Below are positions 37,162-49,908 of a stretch of 64,000 bases of DNA, piece after piece (positions within the stretch are counted from its first letter, which is position 1; each line of letters starts with the position of its first letter). The notes under the pieces are model-generated. The model did not search any database. It was not told the DNA's origin and was given only the letters and a program-made list of their open reading frames with translations. Source of the DNA: Macrostomum lignano (Eukaryota); assembly GCA_002269645.1 (NCBI GenBank), contig NIVC01001524.1, positions 124,001-188,000 of the forward strand, written 5' to 3'. The position numbers were made by a program, and so were the translations under genes.

Positions 37162-38613
37162 ATTTTTACTGGTTAATAAATGTGGTATGTGCTACTTTCC
37201 ACTGCTGCAAAGTAATTCAAAGGTATAGCAGGGACTACTAGAACTAAGTAAATATGCTATCAGTATAGTAAAATAATAACATTATTTAACAAGAAATAAG
37301 AAATTCCTAGAACTTTATTTATACCTTACTAAAACAATACTTAGAATAATAGTTAGATAATTACTTAGATATATAGTAAGAAAAATACTTAGAATAATTC
37401 TAAGAAGCTTTAGTAATTATAAGAAGATATTTTTCTAGGATCAAAATAGAATTATGACAACTTTGGTAGCAGCTTTTAGGATATTTACAGAGTGAGAACA
37501 GTCGCCCTTACTACCAAACCAAAAAAATATATAAAACAATTCTATGACTCTATACTACTCTAATAACTTGTTAGGACCTAAAATTTAAGTTAAAATTTGG
37601 TGTAGTGTTGCAATTCTATTGTTTAAATATCTCAATATATAAAAATGAAACTCTATATATGTCTATGAGTGTATTTGCTATGGACTCCTAAATGGAAGTT
37701 GTAGAAAGATAAGACTTGGACTAATAGACACGAATTTTCTGGGGAGTGCTTTAGGCAAATAAAAAATGGGGTCCTAACTTAAGAGATGGCTGAAAATGGA
37801 CAAAAACCTGTTTTTTCTTATCTCAGTAATGTATTTTTGCTTATAGGAACTAAAAGCTATGTTTATGGCCGATTTCCCTCTAGTTGAGGCTAGGAAAACT
37901 AGCTACACATACATAGACTCCTAACATTAAATAGCATTCACCACTGCTTTATTAATGCATACTTGAAATTTGAAGTTAGATTTTTTTCTTAAGACTACAC
38001 TTATATAGGCCTAGACAACAACTGATATGAAATAAAGTTCTTGATAGCTTAGCTTTCATGCCTCCCAAAAAGGGCACTCTTGGAAAGATATCAACAGCTG
38101 CTAGAAGGCTTAGCCACTTAGACAGGCAATAGATAAGGTATCAGAAGAAGCAAGAGAGTAGCGGCAAGCTGCTAACAGAGAGACAGATGTTGAAGCAACA
38201 ACTGAGTTGTTGAGGAATAAAACAGGATGCTAAAGAAACAACTTATAGAAAACAGACTGACCTTAAAAAACTGCAAGAGGAATTTGACAATCTTCTTCTT
38301 CTATCTTCTATCTAAATATACTAAATCTCTAAGGTTTGTATGTCCTCCATACCTTTGTATGTCTAAGGTTTGTAAATCTCTACGGTTTGTATGTTCTTCA
38401 CCAATTTTGATTGCATTTTTGCCAAAAGATTCAAATAGCCTTCTAAATTCAATAGACCTGAGCAGCAAGAATAGCAACAAAGACTTAAGCAGTGGCAGTG
38501 GCAAAGGGGAGACAAGTTAGCACATATATGCGCAACATGGGAATCACTTAGCAATTTCTATTAACAATATACACATAAGTGGCTATTGGCTAAGAGCAGT
38601 CACGTGACTACTA

Positions 38614-39723
38614 GGCAATCTTCTAGTTTCGCACGTTTAATTATTTTAAAGCAATTTCTAATTATTTTCAGCAAAGCAATCATGGCTAGGCACCCTGCAA
38701 CACCAACGACTATCATTCTGGTCCTAGACCTATGACCTGCTGCTGATCTGTGCAACCTGAACCCCTCGATGCGTGAGTTCAGTGCAATTATGGCTATGAA
38801 TGATGTGATGATCTGCTGGCTGGCCACGTACCACCTGCTGGCCAATGAACGTCGCTGTGCCAATTGTCCTGGGCAGCAATCCATGCGGCTGCAGAGATGG
38901 GATGGCGACCGCTTCATTGACTGCTGCTGCTGGGCTTGCCCACAATGCTGGATGCAGGCCTCAATCCAAAAAGGATCATTCTTTGAGGCTAGCCATCTGC
39001 CTCTGACACAGCTGATGGATCTTATCTATTGGTGGGCAGTGCAGGCCAAGCAGGAGGATGCCCGGCAGCAATGTGGAAATTTCGCTCTCTAGACGATCGT
39101 GGATTGGCAGAATTTTATCTGGGATGTCTGCGGCCAGTTCCTGCAAGACCACGCACTGTAGCTTGGAGGGCCTGGCATTGATGTCAAGATTGATGAGAGC
39201 TACTTTTTCTATTGCAAATACCATCAGGGCCAGTATTGACCAGGTCAGTGGGTTCCTGGAATGGTGGAGTGTGGCTCTGGCTGCTGCATGAATGGTGGCC
39301 ATCCTAGATCGCAGCGCTATCAGCATCCTGCCCCTTGTGCAACGGTATGTGCTGCCCGGTACTCGCATTATCACCGACCAGTGGCAGGCATACAACCAAT
39401 TGCCCAATCATTTGACAGTAAACCACCGGCTGCACTTTGTGGACCCTAACCACCCAGAAGTCCACATGGACACAGTGAAGGGCACATGGGCCCACACTAA
39501 GGCCTGTTTCAGGGCCATGAATGGCACGTCCAAGGCCCTGTTCGACACCCACTTGGACGAATTTCTTTGGTGTCGCTGCTACCTATGCAACACCTTTGGG
39601 AACATCCTTTTCTGGGTGGCGTACTATTATGCTGTCTGAGGCATAAAACATAAAACAAAATTGTCGTCAACTGTTTGAAATAAAAAACAGTTTGAATTAA
39701 ACGTGCGAAACTAGAAGATTACC
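38614..39723 (+). mobile_element. Merlin (IS1595/ISXO2-like DDE) DNA transposon, non-functional
   Basis: 29-bp TIRs GG(C/T)AATCTTCTAGTTTCGCACGTTTAATT at 38614-38642 and 39695-39723, enclosing a decayed transposase. No clean TSD. Confidence 0.9.
38682..39639 (+). pseudogene. Merlin transposase pseudogene
   Basis: CxxC...CxxC N-terminus, then IDES, LPLVQRYVLPGTRIITDQW.AY, HLTVNH.LHFVDP, FDTHLDEFLW. It has several stops and frameshifts, and the third catalytic Glu appears as Lys (TVKGTW). Confidence 0.88.
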
Positions 39724-39882
39724 AACTAGGCCTACTATTCTATCTAATAGCAACTTATGTGTATATTGCCAATAGAAATGGCTGGGTGAATCCCTAGGTT
39801 GCGCCCAAGTATGAGTCAGCACATAATAGAAGCAGATGCATCAGAGAAACCAAGTTAGGATTTGGAAAGTAACTAACATGAC

Positions 39883-40275
39883 TAGAGGTTGGACGGGATT
39901 GAAATCTTCGGGCGGGATTGGGATTGGGAATAATTTTTTTCTTGGGATTGGGATTGGGATCGGGATTCGGGAATTGGGATCAGGTCTTTTAGTGTATTGT
40001 CCATGTAAAGTTAAACAAAATTGAGAAAAGATTGTAAAGATCAAGAAGTAAAACACAACAAAATTGATATGAAGTTTTGTAACCAACAAAGTAAATAATG
40101 TAACAAGTACAAGTTAAAGCAAAATACCTTCAAGTAATCACTAATTCTATAAATTTTTAATCAAAAGACCTGTTCCCGAATCTTGAGTTTTTTAGGGTTG
40201 GGAGTCTGGTCCCGCGGGAATTCAATTTTCCTCGGGATCCCGAGATTTCGAGATCAGGATCCCGTCCGACCTCTA
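39883..40275. mobile_element. hAT-type MITE, 393 bp
   Basis: TIR TAGAGGT(T/C)GGACGGGAT; exact 8-bp TSD AACATGAC at 39875-39882 and 40276-40283; subterminal GGGATT repeats. Confidence 0.92.
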
Positions 40276-41210
40276 AACATGACTGCATAATACCTAGGCC
40301 TACCAATATATATTGCTATTTGTATTTGTTATGTCATTCAATTAAATAATTATTATTAAACCTAGAAGTAAACTAATTGATAGTTAAAATGCTCAGTCAA
40401 ACTCTATCAGTAATAGATTTTGTTCTGTTTGATTTGATAGAGCCTATAGCCTACTCAAAAAAATTGTATTAAATAGGCCTAAACATTCATACTCATACGC
40501 CTAGCCTACAATATAGAAAATCCTATTTAAAATCTGTTGTTTATATGTATTTACATATGTAAAAGTATGTATGCCTTGCTACTTGCAAATTCTAACACGA
40601 AATGCACATTCTACTTATCCCAACAATAACAATGATTTACTGCTGCTGCAAATTATTTACACCTTTACCCTGCATCCTATCCTATTCCATGCAACTCTAA
40701 TTCCAAAAAGAGAAGAGAGAGAATTGAGGAAATAGGAGAGAAAAGAGAGGAGAGGAGAAGGAAAAGAGTAGAAAGGAGAGAGGAGTGATAAAAAAGACTT
40801 AAGAGGAGTGACTGAAAAGTGGAGATGAATGAGAAGAGTGAAGAGAGGAGAAAAGTTTTAAAGGCCTTAAATCTTAATTTAATACACATTTACTCCAATT
40901 TTTTACCTCTATCCCCACTACTTACAAGTGTTTGTTTGAGTAGGCCCTATGACTTTAGATTTAAGAATGCATGCAAAAACAGTTCTGGGGATCGGAATTC
41001 AGCGGGTTCAACATCCGCGGGTTTTAACAGCTCGCATAACTTATACAACTAAGTAATGCATTAAATGTAGTAATGGTTCGTAGTTGTAAAAGTTTTGGCT
41101 CAGGTAAATAGTGATAAAACATAAAACAATATAGCAACAATATTTTTTTACTTAGGTTTAGTTAGTAGCAACGTGCAGATTAGGCCTATATTGTGTTGTG
41201 GCTAATTGCT

Positions 41211-41335
41211 GGTTGCCGTGCACGCAATTTAAACACTAGGTGGACGGCTGCCATGCATGCAAATAAAGCACTAGGTAGATAGCCGCTGTGCACGCAATTC
41301 TGAGCTTACGTGAACGGTTGCCGTGCACGCAAGCT
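41211..41335 (+). promoter_or_regulatory. 4 x 35-bp repeat with core GTGCACGCAA (MRE- and XRE-like) upstream of TCTP
   Basis: TGCACGC at 41219, 41289 and 41324, with the variant TGCATGC at 41254, giving exact 35-bp spacing. The regulatory role is inference. Confidence 0.4.
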
Positions 41336-41695
41336 CTTCGAAGTGAAAAAGTGAAATCTTTGAAGTCTTTTTATTAAAGTTTAAAGTGGTTCTACATTTT
41401 AAATAGGTGCGTGGACACAGAGTCATCTTGGAAAGTAGTTAAAACAAATATAAACTTAATTATTTTATTAAAGCTTTAAATCGTTACAAATTCTGCTATA
41501 AATACTCTAAAAAGTGAGCTTTTAAACTAAAAAAATTGCTAAAGATTTTATCATAAATTAGTCTTATTCTAATTTAAATGCCCATTACGCTTGTTACTTT
41601 TTACTGCAGTTTAAGTAAGTAAGAAGTAGGAATAAGTTATATTTTGATAATTATATTAAATTTTCGTTACGGTTTATTCACCCGAAGGAAATACA

Positions 41696-44600
41696 ATGCT
41701 CATTTTTAAGGATCTTATTTCTGGTAAGTTTTCTAACTTCTTATTGGTAGTTGCTCAACATGTTAAATTTGAATAAACTCAAACTTGTATTTACTCTTTA
41801 GGAGTCTTTAACTCAGAATAGGCCTAGGCTAGGCCAAGAATTGACAAGATAGGTTTTTAAAAATTCCAGTGCCACTTTCTCATATCTAAGTAGCCACGTC
41901 TTTAGTTAATATGGTAAAATATATGTTTTTTCCATTGCAAACTTTATGGTAACAGTCCACTTTAGTAGGCCTAACCCGTAGTCAGGAAGGTGGCCTCTGA
42001 GACGAGCCTGGATGGAATTCTTGCAGATTAATCACAACGCATTATGCAATTGCGCAAAAAATGCAATTTTGCGTCAAAAAATCCAGAAAAAATGTGTCAC
42101 AGAATTTCAGGCAAAATTGCTAATTCTTTATATATGTAAAAGTGTGCTTGAGTATTGGATTTTGCAAAAGATAATCCTACTAGCTAAGATCACGAAGTAA
42201 AAAGAATAAAAAGTAAAAACTAAATAAGGCACAAAAGTAAAAATTTGAAAAATTCTAAAAAGTAGAAACTTGTAACAACAACAACAACAATAGAGTACGC
42301 TGTCAGTTCGCAAAAGCAGAGTTAGATGGCTCGCTTCGAAGCTTGGGCGCGAACAAAGGCTGCACCACTGGTAGAGTCCGGGGCGCCGGCGTCAGCTAGC
42401 AGACAGTCGACGTAGCGCCAAGTCCTTGCCTGTCCCCGCCGGTAGGGTGCCTGCAACATAAGTAGCAGCACCTCCTGCACCAGCTCCAGACAGTAGGCCT
42501 CGGCGCGGATGACGTGGCCTGCCAGCTGGAGTCGCCGACGGCGCAGCAGATCGCTAGGACAGGCCAGGCCGGCGCGATGATAAAGTGCCGTGTTGGTGAC
42601 TCGCTCGTTGTCGATCTTGAAGGCGGTGCGTAGCAGGCCAGCATGCGCGCGTCAACTTGAGCCTCGAGCGAGTCTGTCAGCGTCCAGGTCTCGGCGTTGT
42701 ATAACAGGACGGTCTCAATCACCGCCTGGAACAGCGCCGCCCTCTGGCAGTCCGGTAGGGCCTCGGACTGCAGGACTGACCTTATAGAACGAAAGGCAGC
42801 CCAGGCAAGTCCTCGGTGACGCCGCAGATCCTCGCGGACGTCGGGAACCAGACCGCCGAGGTAGATGAACTGCTGACATCTTGGAAGCTCACTCGCCTGT
42901 CCGTCAGCGCCTTGGCAGAAGATTGCAGCCTCGGTGTCGTCCAGCACGCATAGCACAATGGTCTTCTACGTGTTGACCACCAGGCCAACGCTCGCCGCAA
43001 CGCCAACCAGCCTATCCAGCTGTCATTGGGCGCCCTCAACGGTCGAGGACAGCAGGGCGAGGTCATCGGCGAAGCCAAGCATGCTGAGCCGTCTCTCCGG
43101 TTGGCGTCGACCAACACGTCGCCGCAGCAGGAAGCCGTCATCGTTGGAAAGCAGAGCAGTCCGTAGCACCCAGTCAAGCACCAGAATAAATAGGAACGGC
43201 GCTAGCGTATCTCCCTGGAGCACCCCGGAGGATGTCTCGAAGAAATCCTATAGGCCGTCCGGTGTTGAGACAGCAGCCATTGTGCCGTGGTACAGCGCCA
43301 TGACAGCAGAAATCAGTAGCTCTGGCACGTTGTACGCATGGAGCACCTCTAGGAGCGCGTCCCTCACGACCGAGTCGAAGGCCTTCCTGAAATCGACGAA
43401 GATTAGGATCAGGGTCAACTGGTAGATGTGTGCCTCCTCGATGACTCGCTGAAGAGCCAGGATCTGCGTCACTGTGCCGCAATGGGGCCGGAAACTGTTT
43501 TGCTCAGGTCGCAGGTACCGGTCTAGCACAGGCTGTAACCGCGATAGCAGCATGCGGTTGAACAGCTTCGCGGCGCAGGACTGTAGGCAGATGCCTCGAT
43601 GCTCCTCCAGCTTGGTGGTGCCCGGCTTCTTTGGAATGGCAACGATGTGCGCCGTGGTCCATTCGTTTGGCGCCACCTCACTGGAAAGCACGCGGTTCAT
43701 CACTCTGGCAACCTCAGTGGCCACGCAGTGGATCCGCAGCGCCTCGGTGGGCACCTCGTCTGGACCAAGCGCTTTGCCGCCTGGCGACTGCCGAGCAAAC
43801 TTCACAACGTCGGCTGTGCTGACTGGGGCAATGTTGAAGCTCTCCTCTACCAGCAATGGCATCTCTGGCGGCAGCCTCAGATTTTCTGGAAGCAGAGGGG
43901 GTGGCGCATTGACAATGGCGGCGAAGAACTCGCGCAGCTCGTTCCTGCGCTCATCCGGAGTGTTGCCTGCCAGGTGAGCACTGCAGTTCGAGCCGCTGCG
44001 GAGCAAGCAGTCCCGCTGATGCGACTGGCCCAGCGTAGGCAGCCGGTCTGGCAGGACGACCCCGCGATCGACAAAGCAAGGGAAGATCTAGAGAGGCTCC
44101 GTCTGAGTGGGCGGCAAACTCGTGAGGCGGAGGAGGCTCTGGCGGCTGTCTACCTGCAGAGGCAGCAGTCTGCTGTCGATGACACCATCCAAGCCGTCTC
44201 TGCTTCAGGGCCCGATGCCAGAGGGCACGTGGCCTGGTCCGTCATCAACACTAATGGGGCGAAAGCGGCGCATAGCGCTCGAAACATTCTCTAACATACG
44301 TATTTGGACAAAAATTCAAATCACTACATTTTCTAGAATGCATTTTTCGTTGTCTTTTGTTATTTCGTTATTTTGCGACATGCTAAGTACCAAAATAAAA
44401 AATGTGACCAATAAAAAATATTTTGCGCGCCATAAAAAAATTGCATAATTCCGTTTGACTTAAGAAATACAAGAATTCCATCCTAGCCTCTGAGTGGGGA
44501 AAATTCCTGTGCACACAAAGGGTCTCGGGGCACATTGGCGCACAAGTGCGGCGCACATAAGGGGTCCTTGGCGCACTTGGTACACAATCATGGCGCATAC

Positions 44601-47600
44601 TGAGGTCCCTAACACATGCGGCGCATAATTGCGGTGCATAAAGTCCCTGACATGCATGAAAATTGTAATGCAAATTAACAATTTTTATAAAATAAAGGAG
44701 ATTTGTGTAGTCTAAAAAGTCAATGATAACTTTTTGCTTCTTTAAAATTAACAGTAAATAAAATTAGTATAAATCTAATAAATGGCTAAAAATGTCAATT
44801 TTGCATCATTCTATTTGTAGGTATAATTTAAGTTTGTTTAAAATGAAAATATGCGTAACATTTTAAAAAGGCTTTTTGTACAAAGGCCTTTCTTAGAAAA
44901 CTCTACTTGTAAAGAGTGGCGCACAGACAGCACATAGATGGCACACAAATTGTCCCAAAAAATTATTCCGATGCACACTGTGCCACCTTCATGACTATGG
45001 GCCTAACAGCCATTTTGGTTATAGCCACTTTGGTAACAAAAAATGACTATGTTGGTAACAGCCATTTCAGTAACAAGTGGGAATAATATATAATATATAT
45101 TAATTGATATGCTCTGACAAAATGTGTGAGCAAACATTAAAGAAAGAATGACAAAACAGTGAAAACACATGCGTATTTAGATCTGTTTAACTTATTTAAA
45201 AGTGTTTTAACCTATCTATTTTAATTTCTGGATGAGTCCAATACATGCATATGAGACATTGTGGGAACTGTTCAAAAGGTCAACAATCAAAAGGGCAACA
45301 GTTAAAGAGGCGACAGCCAACAGTCAAAAGGGCAACAGAGTAATAACAACTACAAGTTCACAAAAACAGGGGTATTAGATTTAAATGGCCAAAGTATACA
45401 TTTGTTGTTGAAATGAATTTGTTAAAATGTACAAATTTCACTTCTCTGTAAAATGAGTAGTTACATATACTGGCTTGCATTGTTCATACCCGCAAAAAAC
45501 TCATTGTTAAATGGACTAAATGTATATACTGGTGTACTAATAATACATGTACATTTGGCTTTATAAGATTGCATAGTAAAATTTTATGGCAATTAGTAGT
45601 ATCAGTATATTCCACACATACCCCATTTTTACATATAAAAATGTATGGGTTCTCCATCCACACTCTAACTATATTACGCTTCCGTCAGTTTAAGCTAAAC
45701 CCCGAAATGAACAAAATGCAATGGGCTTCTTCAAGTTTATGTTGATAAAATACTTCTGATTTTTTTTTAAAAACTTGCAGTAGAGACTTATGGGGCACCC
45801 AAAAAACTTGTGCTACAACAATAACAGACCTTTTTTGTTTTTTATGTTTGACACAAGCTGTTGAAACCTACAGATTTTGAACCCAGGGAATTTCAATCTT
45901 TGGAACTATTTTTGCTTGTTTTCTAAAGTCTAAAGTCATACATAAACAAAAAATTATTAATAGTTAGAGGTTAATAGACTTGTTAATAAATAGAGATAAA
46001 TATAAATTGAATAAATTTGTATAAAATTAAGATTTGAGGCAAGCATTGATCTCGTTGGCTAGGGTGCTGCATAGAATATCAGGCAATGCCTGTCTAAAAC
46101 ATGTATTGAAAAACTTTGACCTCTGCCTCTGCCTCTCTCTATGTCCCTTGGAATCCTTCAAAACTTCTATCTTTGCTTATGTTTCCTTTCTTCTCTCATC
46201 TTTTGTCTTTATTGTCATCCCTTCTCTTCTTTCCTCTCTCCTCTCTCCCCTCTTCTCTTGTCTTTTCTCTCGCCTTTGATCTCTCATCTCTCCTTTCTCT
46301 TCTTTTATCCTCTGCTCTTGTATCTCTTAACATTTCTCTCTTTTTGCGTCTCATCTCTCTTATCTCATTTCTTCCCTCTTTTTTATTCTCTTCTCTCTCC
46401 TCCTCTCTCCCCTCTTCTCTCCCCTCTTCCCTCTCATCTCTTCTCTTTCCTTTTAATCTCTCTGCTCTCCACTCTCCTATCTCTCTTTTCTCTACTTTCT
46501 CCCCTCTTTCCTCTCCCCTCTCTCCCTTGTTCTGTTAATTCTCTGCCCTCTTCTATCCTCACTCCATTTCTTTCTCCCTTTGTCTCTCTTCTCTACTCTC
46601 ACACATTTCTCTTCTTCCTCTTCTCTCATTTCCATAATCTCTTCTCTTCTTCTCTGTTCTCTCTACTCTCTTATCTCTGTTCTCTCATCTCCCCTCTCTC
46701 TTCTATCAACTTTACTTTCTTATATGTTCTCCTATCTCTTTCCTATGTACTCTTTTATTTCCCATCTTTGACTCCTCTCTTTCCTTTTTCCTCTCTTCTC
46801 TTCTCTTCTCTTCCTTCTATGCTTTCTTTCTGTATTCTCTCTTCTCTTCTCTCTCCACTCTCCTCTCTTCTCATTCTTCTTTCCCTCTCTTATCTCTTCT
46901 CCTCTATCCTTTCTAATCTTTCCTCTCAATCCTTTCTCCCCTCATGTTGCTTCTTCTTCCCATATTCTTTGCTCTTTCCTCACCCCTTTGTCTCTCCTCT
47001 TTTCTTCTATCTTTTCTTTTGTCCCCCTCTTGCCTCTCCTCTCTTTCTAATAGTCTATTCCTTCTCCTTTCCACTCTCATCTGGCCCACAGCCATGAGCT
47101 GGATTCTTTATATGGCCTTTGAGGTAAATATCTGCTAATCCCTGCTTTGAAAGCCAGTTTTTGGGATGTAGTTCTTATCATTTCTCATAATTTAATCATG
47201 TCATCTCTCTAGCCAATTGGTAACCCTGAGAGGGATCTACAGCTCCACAACCACCACCAGTCTGCACTCTGCAGCTGTCTAACAACCAAAGAACTACGCA
47301 TTTCTTAGAAGCCATTTAAATTTTAAAGTACCTTATATGAAACTTAATGTTAAAGTTTCATGATGTAACTAATTTAGTAAGATTGCATTGTAATCAATTA
47401 TTCATTAATTTTTCACTATTTTTACAAACCACCTTGCATTGCCGCAGACTTGTCTATATAGAAGATAGTGGTTTGAATCTCTCACTAAACTGTCATGGCT
47501 AAACATAGCTTCTCCACACACGGGGATGCAGAGGAGGCTATTAAAAAGTTATTCCAAAACACTATAGTATTTCTTGCTATAGATAATATTGAGCACTCTG

Positions 47601-49458
47601 TTTTATTTATTGGGTAACTATATTTATAGCAATTGGCAAAAATGAAAATAATGTAGAAAAAGCCTAGAAATGCTCTATCTATTTATAAATTGATAATACG
47701 TTAGCTCAAACCACATTTCCTAACTGTACCAAGTTTAAAAGGATCTTTGATTAATGTTTCTCGAAAATATTTTCATTTTTAATATCCTCTTAAGAGTATA
47801 TTTTAAATTTTAATGGATGATATTAGACAAACCAAAGATGTAGTGATGTAGAATAACGTTTTTTACTTTTCTACTTTTTTTCAGGCGACGAGCTTGCTTC
47901 AGACTCCTATCCCTACAAGTATGTGGACGATATTGCTATTGAAATTGAAGGCAAGATGATCACAGTCAGCAATGCCATCGATGACAGAATGATTGGCGGC
48001 AACGCCTCAGCTGAGGAGGCTGGCGAAGGCACCGATGATGGCACCGAGTCTAAGATCAATGTTGTGTACAGCCACCAGCTGGTTGAGACCCAATTCGACA
48101 AGAAGAGCTACCTGGCCTACCTGAAAGGCTACCTGAAGCGTATCGAGAAGAAGCTGGAGGAGAACAATCCCGACAGGGTTGAAGCCTTCAAAACTGGTGC
48201 ACAGAAGTTTGTGAAAGAGCGCGTGTTGGCCAACTTCAGCAATTGGCAGTTCTTCACTGGCGAAAAGATGGACCCCGATGCCATGGTTGTGCTCATGGAC
48301 TACAGGGAGGACGGCATGACGCCTTATTTTGTCCTGTTCAAGGATGGCCTGATTGAGGAGAAATGCGTAAGTGCTTTTTAGTAATCTCACAGATCCCCAA
48401 TGTCCCAATGGCTAGAATCTCCCTGATCCCCAATAGAATTTTCCAGATGCCCGAAAAAATCTCCCAGATCCCCGATAAAAATCTCTGAGATCCCCAATAG
48501 AATATCTCAGATCCCCAATAAAAATTTTCCAGATCTCCAATAGAATCTCCCATATTCCTAATAAAGATCTCCCAGATCCCTAACAGAAACTCCCAGATCC
48601 CCAATAGAATATCCCAGATCCCCAAATAAATCTCCCAGATCCCCAAATGAATCTCCCAGATCCCCAATAGAATTTCCCAGCTGCCCAATAGAATTTCCCA
48701 GCTGCCCAATAAAATTTCCCAGCTGCCCAATAAAATTTCCCAGATCCCAATAGAATTTCCCAGATCCCCAATAAAAATCTCCCAGATCCCCAAATGAATC
48801 TCCCAGATCCCCAATAGAATTTCCCAGCTGCCCAATAGAATTTCCCAGCTGCCCAATAAAATTTCCCAGCTGCCCAATAAAATTTCCCAGATCCCAATAG
48901 AATTTCCCAGATCCCCAATAAAAATCTCCCAGATCCCCAAATGAATCTCCCAGATCCCCAAATGAATCTCCCAGATCCCCAAATGAATCTCCCAGATCCC
49001 CAAATGAATCTCCCAGATCCCCAAATGAATCTCCCAGATCCCCAAATGAATCTCCCAGATCCCCAAATGAATCTCCCAGATCCCCAATTTCCAAGCTGCC
49101 CAATAGAATTTCCCAGCTGCCCAATAAAATTTCCCAGATCCCAATAGAATTTCCCAGATCCCCAATAAAAATCTCCCAGATCCCCAATAAAAATCTCCCA
49201 GATCCCCAATAAAAATCTCCCAGATCCCCAATAGAATTTCCCAGCTGCCCAATTTCCCGATGGCTAGAATCTCCCAAATCCAAATCCCAAAGTTAAGTCT
49301 AATCAAGATCACCAGATACCCTATTAGCCAATGTCAAAGCCAAAGCCTGTACATTGGTTAATGTATACATTTTCAGCGTATCATAAATAGTTTCAAACAA
49401 CCCCATAAAATTCTACAATATCCAATTGTCTGTGCATCAAATTCACCCATTTCAGTAA
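41696..49458 (+). CDS. TPT1: Translationally controlled tumour protein (TCTP), 170 aa. Exons 41696-41723, 47885-48366 and 49456-49458 (stop codon only).
   Basis: Exon 1 is ATG CTC ATT TTT AAG GAT CTT ATT TCT G|GTAAGT (MLIFKDLISG), joined in phase to DELASDSYP...IGGNASAEE...FFTGEKMDPDAMV...FKDGLIEEKC|GTAAGT. The next acceptor is TTTCAG|TAA, with AATAAA about 440 nt downstream. Confidence 0.96.
42274..44280 (-). mobile_element. RTE-clade LINE, 5'-truncated with a 5' inversion, decayed; antisense in TCTP intron 1
   Basis: RT motifs HRGICLQSCAAKLFN, FVDFRKAFDSV, GVLQGDTLAPFLF, GFADDL, FIYLG, spread over several frames. (TTG)n tail at 42274-42290. Segment 43971-44280 reads on the opposite strand. 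Confidence 0.92.
46120..47085. repeat. CT-rich low-complexity tract
   Basis: About 1 kb of degenerate C/T sequence. It explains the Leu/Ser/Phe ORFs in 46034-47138. Confidence 0.95.
48385..49280. repeat. ~21-bp minisatellite GAATCTCCCAGATCCCCAAAT in TCTP intron 2
   Basis: About 42 units with a duplicated internal block. It starts about 20 nt after the donor. Confidence 0.97.
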
Positions 49459-49893
49459 ATGTTCAGCATACTCGACTGGCATCGTTGGAATGGAACACCC
49501 GAAGCAGCCTGCCATGTTCTGCCGCAACTAATAATAATAACAACAATAATAATAATAATAACCGCTTGTAAGACTGCAGCAATCCTAGTTTAAACCTAAT
49601 TACCTTATTGAGTTTGATCAGTGTTTAATTCCAACATCTGTTTCCTCGATTTAAGCTAATTAATATACAATTATAATTTAACTGCTAATGCGCCCTTAAT
49701 TATTATTATATTATTAAGTAACTATTATTCCGAAATGTCTAATTGCTAATTGCTGTCGTGACAGAACGAATTTCGATTAAATAATTATAATTATTAGATC
49801 AAAATTTATTACTGAACTAGTAGGGTCTCTGGTCTGCTATCGCGTTTCAACTCGCCTTGGTTACGCGTCAATTCTGTCCGGTTATTACATTTT

Positions 49894-49908
49894 AATAAAT
49901 AAAATAAA
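49894..49908 (+). terminator. Candidate TCTP polyadenylation signals
   Basis: Overlapping AATAAA hexamers followed by U-rich sequence. Confidence 0.6.

Larger units (their letters stand above)
38524..39816. mobile_element. Second copy of the palindromic element, split by the Merlin insertion
   Basis: The left half 38524-38613 and right half 39724-39816 rejoin into the reverse complement of 36993-37161. Confidence 0.8.

Noticed and set aside
38227-38554. Short ORFs left of the Merlin element
   Set aside because: They show no recognisable motifs or supporting splice partners.
47095-47130. ATG...GAG|GTAAAT (MSWILYMAFE) as TCTP exon 1
   Set aside because: Wrong phase and no similarity. The exon at 41696-41723 gives the canonical MLIFKDLISG in the right phase.
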